Source of the DNA: Gammaproteobacteria bacterium
Lineage (GTDB): Bacteria; Pseudomonadota; Gammaproteobacteria; Pseudomonadales; Pseudohongiellaceae
Direction: 5' to 3'
DNA length: 54,844 bases
Assembly (NCBI GenBank): GCA_041685555.1
Contig: JAWLFN010000001.1
Coordinates: 1 to 54,844, forward strand
The position numbers and the translations under genes were made by a program. This document shows positions 39,543 to 51,063 of the stretch, piece by piece; position 1 is the first letter of the stretch; every line of letters begins with the position of its first letter. The notes under the pieces were generated by a model that did not search any database, was not told the origin of the DNA, and saw only the letters and a program-made list of their open reading frames with translations.

Positions 39543-40409
39543 ATGATGACACCAGACAGGCCGGATATCCGCCAGACGCTGGAGTGGGCCGCGCAGCGGT
39601 TGTCGACATTGCCCGATCCGCGTCGCGAAGCCGAATGGCTGCTGATGGACACGCTGTCCCGCTCGCGTGCCTGGCTGTTCAGTCATTCCGGTGACTATCC
39701 GGGGCCGAAGTCGTATCAGCAGTTCCGGGACCGTGTTATGCGCCGCGCGGCCGGGGAGCCCTTGGCCTATATTCTGGGGCATTGCCAGTTCCGGGCCTTG
39801 ACGCTCCATGTAACACAGCACGTTCTGATTCCCCGCCCGGAGACCGAATGGCTGGTCGATGCCGTGCTGAAAAAGTTGTCGGTGGACGGGATGTCAGTGG
39901 TGGATCTGGGCACCGGCAGTGGGGCCATTGCCCTGTCCCTGGCGCGGGAACGACCCGCCTGGCAGGTATTCGCCACCGACATCAGTACGGAGGCGCTGGG
40001 CGTGGCCAGACACAATGCCCGGGAGGCCGGACTGGAGCGCGTGCAGTTTGTCGCGGGGGACTGGTTCGATGCATTGCCGCGAGGTCGGCGGTTTCACGCC
40101 GTGATCAGCAATCCGCCCTATGTCGCGGCGGGCTCGCCAGTGCTTGATTCATCGGTGGCGCGACATGAGCCCCCACTGGCGCTGTATGCGGAGGAGCAGG
40201 GGCTGGCCGCGTTGCAACGGTTGATTGCCGGGGCCGCGGAGTGGTTGTGGCAGGACGGTTGGCTGGTGCTGGAGCACGGATTCGATCAGGGGGCTGCCGT
40301 CCGTCGGGTCATGGAAGAGAGTGGGTACCAGGACATTCAAACGCATCGTGATCTGGGTGGACTGGAGCGTTTCACGATGGCCCGTTGGCGAGGAGGTTCT
40401 CTTGCGTGA
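39543..40409 (+). CDS. prmC: Release factor glutamine methyltransferase
   Basis: SAM motif VDLGTGSGAIAL and NPPY (ISNPPYV). Confidence 0.93.
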   Translation: MMTPDRPDIRQTLEWAAQRLSTLPDPRREAEWLLMDTLSRSRAWLFSHSGDYPGPKSYQQFRDRVMRRAAGEPLAYILGHCQFRALTLHVTQHVLIPRPETEWLVDAVLKKLSVDGMSVVDLGTGSGAIALSLARERPAWQVFATDISTEALGVARHNAREAGLERVQFVAGDWFDALPRGRRFHAVISNPPYVAAGSPVLDSSVARHEPPLALYAEEQGLAALQRLIAGAAEWLWQDGWLVLEHGFDQGAAVRRVMEESGYQDIQTHRDLGGLERFTMARWRGGSLA

Positions 40410-41169
40410 CGAACAGTTGCTGCGTTACGGCAGGCAGATCATGCTGCCGGCTCTGGATGTGGCGGGGCAGCAGAAACTGCTGGATGCCCGTGTGTTGATT
40501 GTCGGTATGGGCGGACTGGGCAGTCCCGTGGCCTTGTATCTGGCCGCCGCTGGTGTGGGACAGCTGGTTCTGGCGGACCATGATCGGGTGGAGCTGAGCA
40601 ATCTGCAGCGACAAATACTTCACGGTCATGCTGATCTGGGGCGACTGAAGGTGGAATCGGCGCGTGACCGGATCGCGGCGCTGAATGAGGACATCATCGT
40701 GGAAACCGTCCAGCAGCCTCTGGAGGACGAAAGCCTTGATCGACTGCTGTCCCTCGGGTGTGACGGGTCGGGGCAGGCCATCGATCTGGTCGTTGATGGC
40801 TGTGATAATTTTGCCACGCGTTTCGCGGTCAACCGTGCCTGCGTCCGCCACGGTGTGCCACTGGTTTCCGGTGCTGCCATTCGCATGGAGGGTCAGGTGG
40901 CCGTGTTCGATCCGCGTCAGCCGGACAGCCCATGCTACCAATGCCTGTACGGTGGCGGGGACGATCGCGATGCCAGCTGCGCCAGTAATGGCGTCATGGC
41001 GCCGCTGGTCGGGATCATCGGATCGGTGCAGGCGATGGAAGCGGTCAAACTGTTGGCGGGAATGGGTGAGTCCCTGGCCGGTCGACTGCTCCTGCTCGAC
41101 GCCATGAGCATGCGTTGGCGGGAGTTGCGCCTGCGCCGCGATCCCGCCTGCCCGGTCTGCGGTGCGTGA
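40402..41169 (+). CDS. moeB: Molybdopterin-synthase adenylyltransferase (ThiF/MoeB family)
   Basis: RYGRQIMLP, GMGGLGSPVALYLAAAGVG and two CxxC pairs. TTG start at 40402 with GAGGAGG upstream. Confidence 0.85.
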   Translation: MRDEQLLRYGRQIMLPALDVAGQQKLLDARVLIVGMGGLGSPVALYLAAAGVGQLVLADHDRVELSNLQRQILHGHADLGRLKVESARDRIAALNEDIIVETVQQPLEDESLDRLLSLGCDGSGQAIDLVVDGCDNFATRFAVNRACVRHGVPLVSGAAIRMEGQVAVFDPRQPDSPCYQCLYGGGDDRDASCASNGVMAPLVGIIGSVQAMEAVKLLAGMGESLAGRLLLLDAMSMRWRELRLRRDPACPVCGA

Positions 41170-41227
41170 AGTTGATGTGATCCGGGTGTAGCGATATGAT
41201 GCCTGCGGCCTTCCACAGAGACTGATC

Positions 41228-42532
41228 ATGCAAACCGACAAGAACACGGATATGTCAGAGTCACAGAAAGTCGCTTTTTCCACATTGAACCTGGTGGAAC
41301 CCCTGCAGAAAGCGATCCGCGATCTGGGGTTCGAGTACTGTACCCCGATCCAGGCCCTGAGCCTGAAATATACACTGCGCGGGTTCGATGTCACCGGTCG
41401 GGCACAGACCGGCACGGGCAAGACAGCCGCATTCCTGATCACCCTGATCGATGACATGATGCGCAATCCGCAGCAAGGGGAGCGTTTTCTGGGCGAGCCG
41501 CGGGCACTGGTGATCGCGCCGACGCGGGAACTGGCCATTCAGATCGGCAATGATTCGCGGGATCTGTGCAAGTACACTGATCTGCATACCGTGACGCTGG
41601 TCGGTGGGGAAGATTACAAGAAGCAGGAAAAGGCGCTGGATCGGGCTCCGGTGGATATTGTCGTGGCCACGCCGGGACGGCTGCTGGACTTCGTTCAGGA
41701 TGACAAACTGTACCTGGGGCTGCTGGAGCAAATGGTCATCGATGAGGCCGATCGCATGCTCGACATGGGATTCATTCCCCAGGTGCGTCGAATCATCGGC
41801 CGGGCCCCGGACAAGGAGTGTCGGCAGACCCTGCTGTTCAGTGCGACTTTCACTCCGGAGATCATGGACCTGGCCAAACGCTGGGCGCTGGATCCGATCG
41901 CCATCGAGGTGGAGCCGGAGAAAGTGGCCACCGATTCGGTCGAGCAGATCGTCTATCTGGTCACCACCGACGACAAGTACAAACTGCTGTACAACCTGAT
42001 CCGTCAGAAAGGCGCCGACAAGATCATCGTGTTCAGCAATCGACGTGACCAGGTGCGCAAGCTGGCCGACAACCTGCATCGCAATGGCATCGAGTGCGGC
42101 ATGTTGTCAGGGGAAGTCGCGCAGAACAAACGGGTACAGACGCTGGAGGCATTCCGTGAAGGCAAGCTGCAGGTGCTGGTGGCCACCGACGTGGCCGGCC
42201 GTGGTCTGCATATTGACAGCGTCTCGCATGTGATCAACTACACACTGCCGGAAGAGTCCGATGATTATGTGCATCGGATTGGCCGCACCGGACGTGGCGG
42301 AGAAGTGGGCACATCGGTGAGCTTCGCCTGCGAGGAAGATTCCTTTCTGCTGCCCGATATCGAGAAGACGCTGGGTCAGAAACTGCCCTGCGTGCGCCCG
42401 GACGATGCGCTGCTGGAGGAGCCGCCCGCATTCAGTCGTCCGTCGCGTTTCAAGGCGGCGCCCCGCAGCGGTGGTCGCCAGGGCGGAGGCGGCCGCTCCC
42501 GGGCCGCCGCTTCAAGACCGCGACGGCGCTGA
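41228..42532 (+). CDS. rhlB: DEAD-box ATP-dependent RNA helicase (RhlB-like)
   Basis: Q motif, AQTGTGKT, DEAD, SAT, HRIGRTGRG and an Arg/Gly-rich tail. Confidence 0.88.
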   Translation: MQTDKNTDMSESQKVAFSTLNLVEPLQKAIRDLGFEYCTPIQALSLKYTLRGFDVTGRAQTGTGKTAAFLITLIDDMMRNPQQGERFLGEPRALVIAPTRELAIQIGNDSRDLCKYTDLHTVTLVGGEDYKKQEKALDRAPVDIVVATPGRLLDFVQDDKLYLGLLEQMVIDEADRMLDMGFIPQVRRIIGRAPDKECRQTLLFSATFTPEIMDLAKRWALDPIAIEVEPEKVATDSVEQIVYLVTTDDKYKLLYNLIRQKGADKIIVFSNRRDQVRKLADNLHRNGIECGMLSGEVAQNKRVQTLEAFREGKLQVLVATDVAGRGLHIDSVSHVINYTLPEESDDYVHRIGRTGRGGEVGTSVSFACEEDSFLLPDIEKTLGQKLPCVRPDDALLEEPPAFSRPSRFKAAPRSGGRQGGGGRSRAAASRPRRR

Positions 42533-42537
42533 CCCGC

Positions 42538-42879
42538 TCAGGTCACGCTGATTCCCTCGCCGCGCGTGGCGCCAGCCTCTTCCAGGGCTGCGATGTATGG
42601 GCCTGCCCGGCGATGCTGGCTGACATGGTCCAGGAAGGTGCTGCCGTCCTCCAGCCTGGCATTGACGTCGAATCCCGCCTCCACGAACATCGGCACGAAG
42701 CGTTGGAAAAACTCCGGCACCATCGCCCGGTATGCCTTCAGCAGAATGTGGTAGTCAGCCGGGACGTCGCCTGGAGGCTGCAATGAAAGAAAGTCGCGAA
42801 GCCGCCCGTCATCCCAGTTCTCGTTACGGGTGGCGGGCTGGATCCGGTCTTTTCCCGATTTTTTCTCTTCAGTTGCCAT
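42538..42879 (-). CDS. Conserved small hypothetical protein
   Basis: 113-aa ORF with a coding-like composition. I recognised no motif. Confidence 0.6.
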   Translation of the reverse strand: MATEEKKSGKDRIQPATRNENWDDGRLRDFLSLQPPGDVPADYHILLKAYRAMVPEFFQRFVPMFVEAGFDVNARLEDGSTFLDHVSQHRRAGPYIAALEEAGATRGEGISVT

Positions 42880-42930
42880 GATGGTGATCCGTATCCTCTG
42901 GTACTGTGGATTCGCGATGGCGTGGGGCGC

Positions 42931-44364
42931 TCAGCCCTGCAGTTTTTTCCGCAGCCACTCGTTCAGTTGGGCCGGATTGGCCTTGCCTTTCGATGCTTTC
43001 ATGGCCTGACCGACAAAGAACCCGAAGACTTTCTCCTTGCCATTCCGGTACTGTTGTACCTGCTCCGGATTGGCGGCGATCACCTCGTCAACCAGCTTTT
43101 CGATGGCTGCGGTATCGGTGACCTGCTTGAGTCCCTTCTCCTCGATGATGATATCGACTTCGCCCCCGTCTTCGATCAGGATCTCGAAAACCTGCTTGGC
43201 GATCTTGCCGGAAATCGTGCTGTCGATGATGCGTCCGATCAGGTCGCCCAGTTGCTCTGGAGTGACCGGTGAGTCGGCAATGGAAGCATCGCGCTTGTTG
43301 AGAACGCCCGTCAGGTCCACACTCACCCAGTTGGCGGCCAGCTTGGCATCTCCGCAGCGCTCCACCACGGCCTCGAAGAATTCAGCCAGTTCTCGTTCGC
43401 TGACCAGTACGCCGGCATCATAATCGCTGAGGCCGTACTGGTTGACAAAGCGCACCCGTTTCTCGTCCGGCAGCTCCGGCAGTGTCTCGCGAATGGTCTC
43501 GATGTATGCCTCGTCGATGACCACCGGCAGCAGATCCGGCTCCGGGAAATAGCGATAGTCGTTGGCCACTTCCTTGCTGCGCATGGGGCGGGTCTCGTCC
43601 AGGTCGGAGTCGTACAGCCGGGTTTCCTGCACCACGCGCCCGCCGTCCTCTATCAGTTCGATCTGGCGCTCCACCTCGTGATTGATGGCTTTCTCCACGA
43701 ACCGGAACGAGTTGACATTCTTGATTTCCGCCCGGGTACCGAATGCCGTTTCGCCCTTGCGCCGCACGGAGACATTGGCGTCGCAGCGCATCGAGCCCTG
43801 CGACATGTCGCCGTCGGAGATGCCCAGGTAGCGGACAATGGCATGCAGCTTCTTCAGGTAGGCGACGGCCTCCCTGGCGCTGCGCAGGTCCGGCTCGGAA
43901 ACGATCTCCAGCAGCGGTGTGCCGGCGCGGTTCAGGTCGATGCCGGTGTAGCCGTGGTAGTCCTCGTGTAATGACTTGCCGGCGTCCTCTTCCATATGGG
44001 CGCGAGTGATGCCGATGATCTTCTCGCTACCGTCCTCCAGGACAATGCTCAGTTCCCCCTTGCCCACGGTCGGGTGGTCCAGCTGGCTCACCTGGTAGCC
44101 TTTCGGCAGATCCGGATAGAAATAGTTCTTGCGATCGAAGACAGAGCGCCGACCGATTTCCGCGTTGACGGCCAGACCGAAGCGTACGGCCATCTTCAGG
44201 GCTTCCTCGTTGAGTACAGGGAGGGTGCCGGGAAGCGCCAGGTCATACAGGTTAGCCTGAGTATTGGGCGCGGCGCCGAAATTCGTACTGCTGCCGGAGA
44301 ACAGCTTGCTGTTGGTGGCCAGTTGCACATGCACTTCCAGGCCGATGACGGTTTCCCAGCTCAT
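42931..44364 (-). CDS. gatB: Asp/Glu-tRNA amidotransferase subunit B
   Basis: [16 protein letters not shown]-terminus; 477 aa. Confidence 0.97.
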   Translation of the reverse strand: MSWETVIGLEVHVQLATNSKLFSGSSTNFGAAPNTQANLYDLALPGTLPVLNEEALKMAVRFGLAVNAEIGRRSVFDRKNYFYPDLPKGYQVSQLDHPTVGKGELSIVLEDGSEKIIGITRAHMEEDAGKSLHEDYHGYTGIDLNRAGTPLLEIVSEPDLRSAREAVAYLKKLHAIVRYLGISDGDMSQGSMRCDANVSVRRKGETAFGTRAEIKNVNSFRFVEKAINHEVERQIELIEDGGRVVQETRLYDSDLDETRPMRSKEVANDYRYFPEPDLLPVVIDEAYIETIRETLPELPDEKRVRFVNQYGLSDYDAGVLVSERELAEFFEAVVERCGDAKLAANWVSVDLTGVLNKRDASIADSPVTPEQLGDLIGRIIDSTISGKIAKQVFEILIEDGGEVDIIIEEKGLKQVTDTAAIEKLVDEVIAANPEQVQQYRNGKEKVFGFFVGQAMKASKGKANPAQLNEWLRKKLQG

Positions 44365-45815
44365 GACAGTCCTCCCGGTCGTTGTGTATGCCAGTCCGTG
44401 TTGCGCTGGAATTGATGGGCCACATTCAGGATGCGACCCTCGGCCAGATCGCCACCGACGATCTGCAGGCCGGTGGGAAGGCCATCGCTGAAGCCGGCGG
44501 GAATGGAGATGCCGGGCAGGCCGGCCAGGTTGACGGCGATCGTGTAGATGTCCTCCAGGTACATGGTCACCGGATCATCGTTCTTCTCGCCGATGCCAAA
44601 GGCGGTATGCGGACTGGTTGGCCCGATGATGACGTCCACCGTCTGCAGGGCGTTGTCGAAATCCTGTTTGATCAGGCGCCGGATCTTCTGGGCTTTCTTG
44701 TAATAGGCGTCATAGAACCCGGCCGACAGGGCATAGGTGCCGACCATGATGCGGCGCTTGACCTCTTCGCCGAAACCTTCGCTGCGGCTGCGTTTGTACA
44801 TGTCCTCCAGGTCCACCGGATCCTGACAGCGGTAACCGTAGCGCACGCCGTCGTAGCGTGACAGATTGGCGGATGCTTCCGCCGGGGCCACCACATAGTA
44901 GGCCGGCACGGACAGGTGGTTGTGCGGCAGGTCGATGTCGACCAGCGTGGCGCCAAGTGATTCGAAGACCTTCAGTGCGTCCTGCAGGTTCTTCTCCACT
45001 CCGGCCGTCAGGCCCTCGGTGAAATGCTGGCGTGGCACGCCGATGCGCAGGCCATCCAGTGACTCATCCAGTGGCCTGGTGAAGTCTTCCTCTGGCAATG
45101 CCAGGCAGGTGGAGTCCTTTGGATCGCCGCCGGCCATGACGTTCATCATCAGCGCGGCATCCTCGGCGCTCTTGCAGATGGGGCCAGCCTGGTCCAGGCT
45201 GGAGGCGAAGGCGATCATGCCCCAGCGCGATACCCGACCATAGCCGGGTTTGAAACCGGTGACTCCACAGAAAGCGGCGGGTTGGCGGATGGATCCGCCG
45301 GTGTCGGTGCCGGTGGCCATGGCGCAAAGGTCGGCCGCGACCGCGGCGGCCGAACCGCCGGACGAGCCGCCCGGCACGCGCGCTGTGTCCCAGGGGTTGC
45401 GTACCGGACCGAAATGGCTGGTTTCATTGGATGACCCCATGGCGAACTCGTCCATGTTGGTTTTGCCCAACATGACCGCGCCGGCCCGGGAAAACCGTTC
45501 CACCACGGTGGCGTCATAGGGAGAAGTGAAATTGCCGAGCATTTTCGAACCGCAGGTGGTCAGGACGTCCCGGGTACAGAAGATGTCCTTGTGGGCCAGG
45601 GGGATGCCGGTCAGTGGGGTAGCTTCTCCGGCGGCGCGGCGGCGGTCGGCGACCCGGGCCTGCTCCAGTGCCCGGTCTTCCGTGACCGTGATGAAAGCGT
45701 TCAGGTCCGTATTCAGGGTGCTGATCCGTTTGAGATACTCGCTGGTCAGTTCCTCGCTGGAGACAGTGCCAGCGGCCAGCGCGGCTGACAGTTCAGCAGC
45801 GGTCTTGTTCAACAT
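44361..45815 (-). CDS. gatA: Asp/Glu-tRNA amidotransferase subunit A
   Basis: Amidase signature [13 protein letters not shown]; 484 aa. Confidence 0.97.
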   Translation of the reverse strand: MLNKTAAELSAALAAGTVSSEELTSEYLKRISTLNTDLNAFITVTEDRALEQARVADRRRAAGEATPLTGIPLAHKDIFCTRDVLTTCGSKMLGNFTSPYDATVVERFSRAGAVMLGKTNMDEFAMGSSNETSHFGPVRNPWDTARVPGGSSGGSAAAVAADLCAMATGTDTGGSIRQPAAFCGVTGFKPGYGRVSRWGMIAFASSLDQAGPICKSAEDAALMMNVMAGGDPKDSTCLALPEEDFTRPLDESLDGLRIGVPRQHFTEGLTAGVEKNLQDALKVFESLGATLVDIDLPHNHLSVPAYYVVAPAEASANLSRYDGVRYGYRCQDPVDLEDMYKRSRSEGFGEEVKRRIMVGTYALSAGFYDAYYKKAQKIRRLIKQDFDNALQTVDVIIGPTSPHTAFGIGEKNDDPVTMYLEDIYTIAVNLAGLPGISIPAGFSDGLPTGLQIVGGDLAEGRILNVAHQFQRNTDWHTQRPGGLS

Positions 45816-45843
45816 GAGTCAAAGCCTTGCGTGGGATTTCGGT

Positions 45844-46131
45844 TCATTCGATAACGCGGGGTACCAGGAAAAGGCCGTCCTGGACGGCCGGGGCCAGTGT
45901 CTGCAGGCGGTCACGCTGGTCCGTCTCCGTGACCTGGTCCGGCCGCAGGGGCTGGATGGCATCGAACGGGTGCGCCAGTGGCTCCACCTGGTCCGTGTCG
46001 ATATCCTGCATCTGATCGATCAATGCCAGGATATCGGAGATCCTTCGGGTGACGTCCCGATTGTCATCCTCGCTGAGGCGAAGACGCGCCAGATGCGCGA
46101 TATTACTCACTTCTTCATTGTCCAAAGCCAT
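45844..46131 (-). CDS. gatC: Asp/Glu-tRNA amidotransferase subunit C
   Basis: 95 aa; VSNIAHLARLRLSEDD motif. Confidence 0.93.
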   Translation of the reverse strand: MALDNEEVSNIAHLARLRLSEDDNRDVTRRISDILALIDQMQDIDTDQVEPLAHPFDAIQPLRPDQVTETDQRDRLQTLAPAVQDGLFLVPRVIE

Positions 46132-46441
46132 TCGCGGGCTCCCGGTTTCTGATAGGATGAATTTGCCACTTGCCCAAATTCAAGCGCGTTGTTAGAGTGC
46201 ATATCTATTTGCTGGAGAAGCCGAGATTATACGGGATTATGATCGGTTTTGGGCAACAATCCGCAGGGAATCCAGGCGCTTTCCGAGTACCACGTTTCCA
46301 GTTGGTTTTACGCCGGGTGAAGTAACTTTCCGGTTTCCGGGCCCGAGTACCGTCATCCGGGCCTGTCCGCCGTCGGCACCGCGTCATCCAGCCAGCATCA
46401 GTCGCGCATCGGGCGCAGCATGAACAGTCGAGGTTGAGTAG

Positions 46442-47485
<1,044 letters not shown>

Positions 47486-47499
47486 TCCGGAGTTGGCGT

Positions 47500-48468
47500 A
47501 TCAGAACCCTGTTCATCAAAGGTGTTGCCCTTGAGTACCGGGTGGCCGCTTTCATCACGCTGTCGGCGGCGCTCATGTTCGTTGACAGTCGTTTCGATTA
47601 TCTGGACCGTGTGCGCTTCTCCATAGCCTACGTTGCCACCCCTGTCTACTGGATGGCCGACGTGCCCAGCCGCATTTCCCTCTGGATCGATGATGTGTTT
47701 GTGTCACACCGGGATCTGATCGAGGAGAATGAGGAGCTGAGGCAGGAGCTGCTGTTTGCCCAGCGAGAGCTGCAGCTGCTGGCCAGCCTGACCAGTGAGA
47801 ACAATCTGTTACGGGACCTGCAGGCGGCCTCCGAAGCGGTCCGCGGTCAGGTCATGACCGCCGAGATCATCAATGTATCCAATGATGCAGGCAGCCGGCG
47901 GGTGTTGATCAACCGCGGCTATCATGATGGCGTGAAAGAAGGTCACGCTGTCCTGGATGCCGATGGCCTGATGGGACAGGTGATCGAGGTGTCCCCGTTC
48001 AGCAGTTGGGTGTTGCTGGTGGTCGACCCGCGCCATGGCACGCCCGTGCAGGTGAATCGGAACGGTGAACGCGCCATTGCGCGGGGCAGTCGGGACATGG
48101 TGGCGCTGGAGCTCGAATACGTGCCCGACACGGCCGACATACGCACGGGTGATCTGCTGGTGAGTTCCGGACTCGGACAGCGATTCCCGAAAGGGTATCC
48201 GGTGGCCGAGGTGACGCAGGTCAGGCATGATCCGGGGCAGGCATTCGCTTTTGTCAGAGCCCGGCCGATGGCTCAGATCGATCGTACCCGGCACGTCATG
48301 TTGGTCAGTGTGCAGGCAGTGGACGATCCCGCGGTCCGACTGGATACGCGGCCACTGGACGCATGGCAGTCGATGATACCGTCGGATGATGAGACGCCGC
48401 CGGAGGCTGTATCCGGACAGGAATCTTCCGCGGAGACGCCGGAGGAAGCGGCAGAGGTGGTGGAGTAG
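47500..48468 (+). CDS. mreC: Rod shape-determining protein MreC
   Basis: The family-typical N-terminus (LFIKG...R...LMFVDSR) lies upstream of the first canonical start, GTG 47542. I propose an ATC start at 47500 with GGAG 7 nt upstream (see findings). The stop is firm. Confidence 0.85.
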   Translation: MRTLFIKGVALEYRVAAFITLSAALMFVDSRFDYLDRVRFSIAYVATPVYWMADVPSRISLWIDDVFVSHRDLIEENEELRQELLFAQRELQLLASLTSENNLLRDLQAASEAVRGQVMTAEIINVSNDAGSRRVLINRGYHDGVKEGHAVLDADGLMGQVIEVSPFSSWVLLVVDPRHGTPVQVNRNGERAIARGSRDMVALELEYVPDTADIRTGDLLVSSGLGQRFPKGYPVAEVTQVRHDPGQAFAFVRARPMAQIDRTRHVMLVSVQAVDDPAVRLDTRPLDAWQSMIPSDDETPPEAVSGQESSAETPEEAAEVVE

Positions 48469-48471
48469 CCC

Positions 48472-48960
48472 ATGGATGATCGATCCAGCGGAACCTGGGT
48501 GATTGTGTTGAGCCTGTTATTGGCCTATCTCCTGGCGATTGTCCCGTTCCCGGAGTGGGCGCTGCACTATCGCCCACAGTGGGTGGCCCTCGTGCTGATT
48601 TACTGGGCGATGGCATTGCCCTATCGTGTGGGTATCGGGACAGCCTGGGTGGCGGGCCTGTTGCTGGATGTGATGGAAGGCTCGGTACTGGGACTCAACG
48701 CCATGTCGCTGGCCATTGTCGTGTACATCACCCTGAGCCTGCACCAGCGTCTCCGGATGTTCTCCTTTCTGCAACAGAGTGCTCTGGTACTGGCACTGGT
48801 GGGGCTGAATATGTTGCTCGTCTACTGGGTCAGGGTGGGTATCGGTCAGTCTGATTCACGCTCGCTGCTGTTTCTGCTGGGTGCGGTTTCCAGTGCGTTC
48901 ATCTGGCCCTTGATGTTCGTGTCCCTGCGGCACCTGCGACGCGCCTTTGAAGTACATTAG
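48472..48960 (+). CDS. mreD: Rod shape-determining protein MreD
   Basis: 162-aa multi-pass membrane protein in the conserved position after mreC. Confidence 0.9.
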   Translation: MDDRSSGTWVIVLSLLLAYLLAIVPFPEWALHYRPQWVALVLIYWAMALPYRVGIGTAWVAGLLLDVMEGSVLGLNAMSLAIVVYITLSLHQRLRMFSFLQQSALVLALVGLNMLLVYWVRVGIGQSDSRSLLFLLGAVSSAFIWPLMFVSLRHLRRAFEVH

Positions 48961-48968
48961 GATGACGT

Positions 48969-49583
48969 ATGACCGATCTTTCCAGTCTACCTCTGCTGCT
49001 GGCTTCCGCCTCGCCCCGACGTCGTGAGTTGTTGACTCAGATCGGTGTCCGGTTTGACCTGGCCGCTCATGATGTCGACGAGACTCCGCGCGGGACAGAG
49101 CCGCCCGATGACTACGTGCTGCGCATGGCTGTGGAGAAAGCGGTGTGGGCGGCCGACAGTGCAGCGAGGGATCAGGCGGTGTTGGGCGCCGACACGACGG
49201 TCGTGCTGGATGGACAGGCGCTGGGCAAGCCACGCCACAGGGACCATGCGCTGGAGATGCTGGCTGCATTGTCCGGACGCAGTCATCAGGTCTGTTCCGC
49301 AGTGGCTGTCTGCAAGGCGGGGGAGACGCGTACCGCGTTGTCGGTGACCGAGGTGGTATTCCGGCGCCTGTCCAGGCAGGAAGCGCTGGCCTACTGGTGT
49401 ACCGGCGAGCCTGAAGACAAGGCCGGGGCCTACGCGATCCAGGGCATCGGTGCTCTGTTTGTGACCCGTATCGCTGGCAGTTACTCCGGTGTGGTCGGCC
49501 TGCCTTTGCGTGAAACGGCGCAACTGTTGACCACCTTCGGCGTACCTACCGCGCTGACCGCTGGAGTCTCGACCAATGAGTGA
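48969..49583 (+). CDS. maf: Maf-family nucleoside triphosphate pyrophosphatase
   Basis: LLLASASPRRRELL N-terminus and AGAYAIQG motif. Confidence 0.92.
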   Translation: MTDLSSLPLLLASASPRRRELLTQIGVRFDLAAHDVDETPRGTEPPDDYVLRMAVEKAVWAADSAARDQAVLGADTTVVLDGQALGKPRHRDHALEMLAALSGRSHQVCSAVAVCKAGETRTALSVTEVVFRRLSRQEALAYWCTGEPEDKAGAYAIQGIGALFVTRIAGSYSGVVGLPLRETAQLLTTFGVPTALTAGVSTNE

Positions 49584-51054
49584 AGAGATCCTGATCAATG
49601 TCACGCCAATGGAGGCGCGGCTGGCGCTGATCGAGAATGGATTGCTGCAGGAAGTCTACATCGAGCGCAACAATAATGTCGGTCACGTGGGTAGTATCCA
49701 TATGGGACGCGTGGTTCGCGTGATGCCGGGCATGGAGGCGGCGTTTGTGGACATCGGCCTGGAACGGGCGGCTTTCATTCACAGCTCAGACATTGCTCCG
49801 ATCGGACCCGATGGCTTCGAGGTCCGCGATGATCAGGTCCAGCCAGTCCAGACCCGTTTGCGTGAAGGGCAGCTGCTCGTGGCGCAGGTGGTCAAGGATC
49901 CGATCGGCTCCAAGGGGGCGAGGCTGACCACCCATCTCACTCTGCCTTCCCGGAATCTGGTGTATCTGCCGCGCAATCGTCATGTGGGAATTTCCCAGCG
50001 ACTCGAGAGTGAGGTGGAGCGCGAGCGACTGGAGACGTTGTTGAAGGACTGTCTGGCCCGTGAGGGGCTGGAGGAGTGTGGCGGGTATATCATCCGCACC
50101 GCCGCCGAGGGCATCGGTCCCGGAGAGCTGTCGGCCGATATCCATTTTCTGCACAGACTATGGGCCAAAGTCGAGGAAGAGCGCTCGAACTGCACTGACA
50201 TGGCCTGCCTGTACCGGGACCTGCCACTGTATCTGCGAGCGGTGCGGGATCTGATCACATCCAAGGTGGAGAAAATCCGGGTGGATACCCGGGAGGCGTA
50301 TGAGGAAATCACGGCTTTTATCCGTGACTTCATTCCGGAATCGAATGGGATTGTTGAATTATATGCCGGTGAGCGGCCAATTTTTGATCTGTATGGTATC
50401 GAGGACGAGATCGGCAAGGCGCTGGGTCGTCAGGTCAAGCTGAAGTCCGGCGGTGACCTGATCATCGATCAGACCGAGGCCATGACCACGATCGACGTCA
50501 ATACCGGTGCCTATCTGGGGAGCCGCAATCACGCCGAAACTGTTCTGAAAACCAACCTGGAGGCCGCCACGGCCATCGCCAGACAACTTCGTGTCCGTAA
50601 TCTCGGCGGCATCATCATCATCGATTTCATCGACATGCAGGACACCGAGCATCAGCGACAGGTGGTGCGTACCCTGGAGAAAGCTCTGGAGAAGGATCCG
50701 GCACGGACCTTCATTTCCGGTCTGTCGGGGCTCGGACTGGTGGAGATGACCCGCAAACGTAACCGGGAAAGTCTGGGGCAGCTGCTCTGTGATCCCTGTC
50801 CGGTCTGCGACGGGCGCGGTCGGCTACGTACACCGGAAACCATCTGTTACGAGATTTTCCGAGAAATCCTCCGGGTGGCACGCGCTTATGAGAATGATGT
50901 GTTGCTGGTGATGGCGTCCCAGGGCGTGGTCGATCGTCTGCTGGACGAGGAGTCCAGTGCACTGGCGGATCTGGAGGAACTGGTGGGCAAGACCATCAGG
51001 TTCGAGGTCGAACCCATGTATACTCAGGAGCAGTATGATGTGGTGCTGTTCTGA
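49576..51054 (+). CDS. rng: Ribonuclease G
   Basis: MSEEILINVTPMEARLALIENG N-terminus, then an S1 domain and the RNase E/G catalytic core. 492 aa. Confidence 0.95.
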   Translation: MSEEILINVTPMEARLALIENGLLQEVYIERNNNVGHVGSIHMGRVVRVMPGMEAAFVDIGLERAAFIHSSDIAPIGPDGFEVRDDQVQPVQTRLREGQLLVAQVVKDPIGSKGARLTTHLTLPSRNLVYLPRNRHVGISQRLESEVERERLETLLKDCLAREGLEECGGYIIRTAAEGIGPGELSADIHFLHRLWAKVEEERSNCTDMACLYRDLPLYLRAVRDLITSKVEKIRVDTREAYEEITAFIRDFIPESNGIVELYAGERPIFDLYGIEDEIGKALGRQVKLKSGGDLIIDQTEAMTTIDVNTGAYLGSRNHAETVLKTNLEAATAIARQLRVRNLGGIIIIDFIDMQDTEHQRQVVRTLEKALEKDPARTFISGLSGLGLVEMTRKRNRESLGQLLCDPCPVCDGRGRLRTPETICYEIFREILRVARAYENDVLLVMASQGVVDRLLDEESSALADLEELVGKTIRFEVEPMYTQEQYDVVLF

Positions 51055-51063
51055 CGAGTCGAC

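Noticed and set aside
46205-46387. 60-aa ORF in the gatC-mreB intergenic region.
   Set aside because: It is Arg/Lys/Pro-rich with no ribosome-binding site or recognisable motif. It lies in a probable promoter or leader region.
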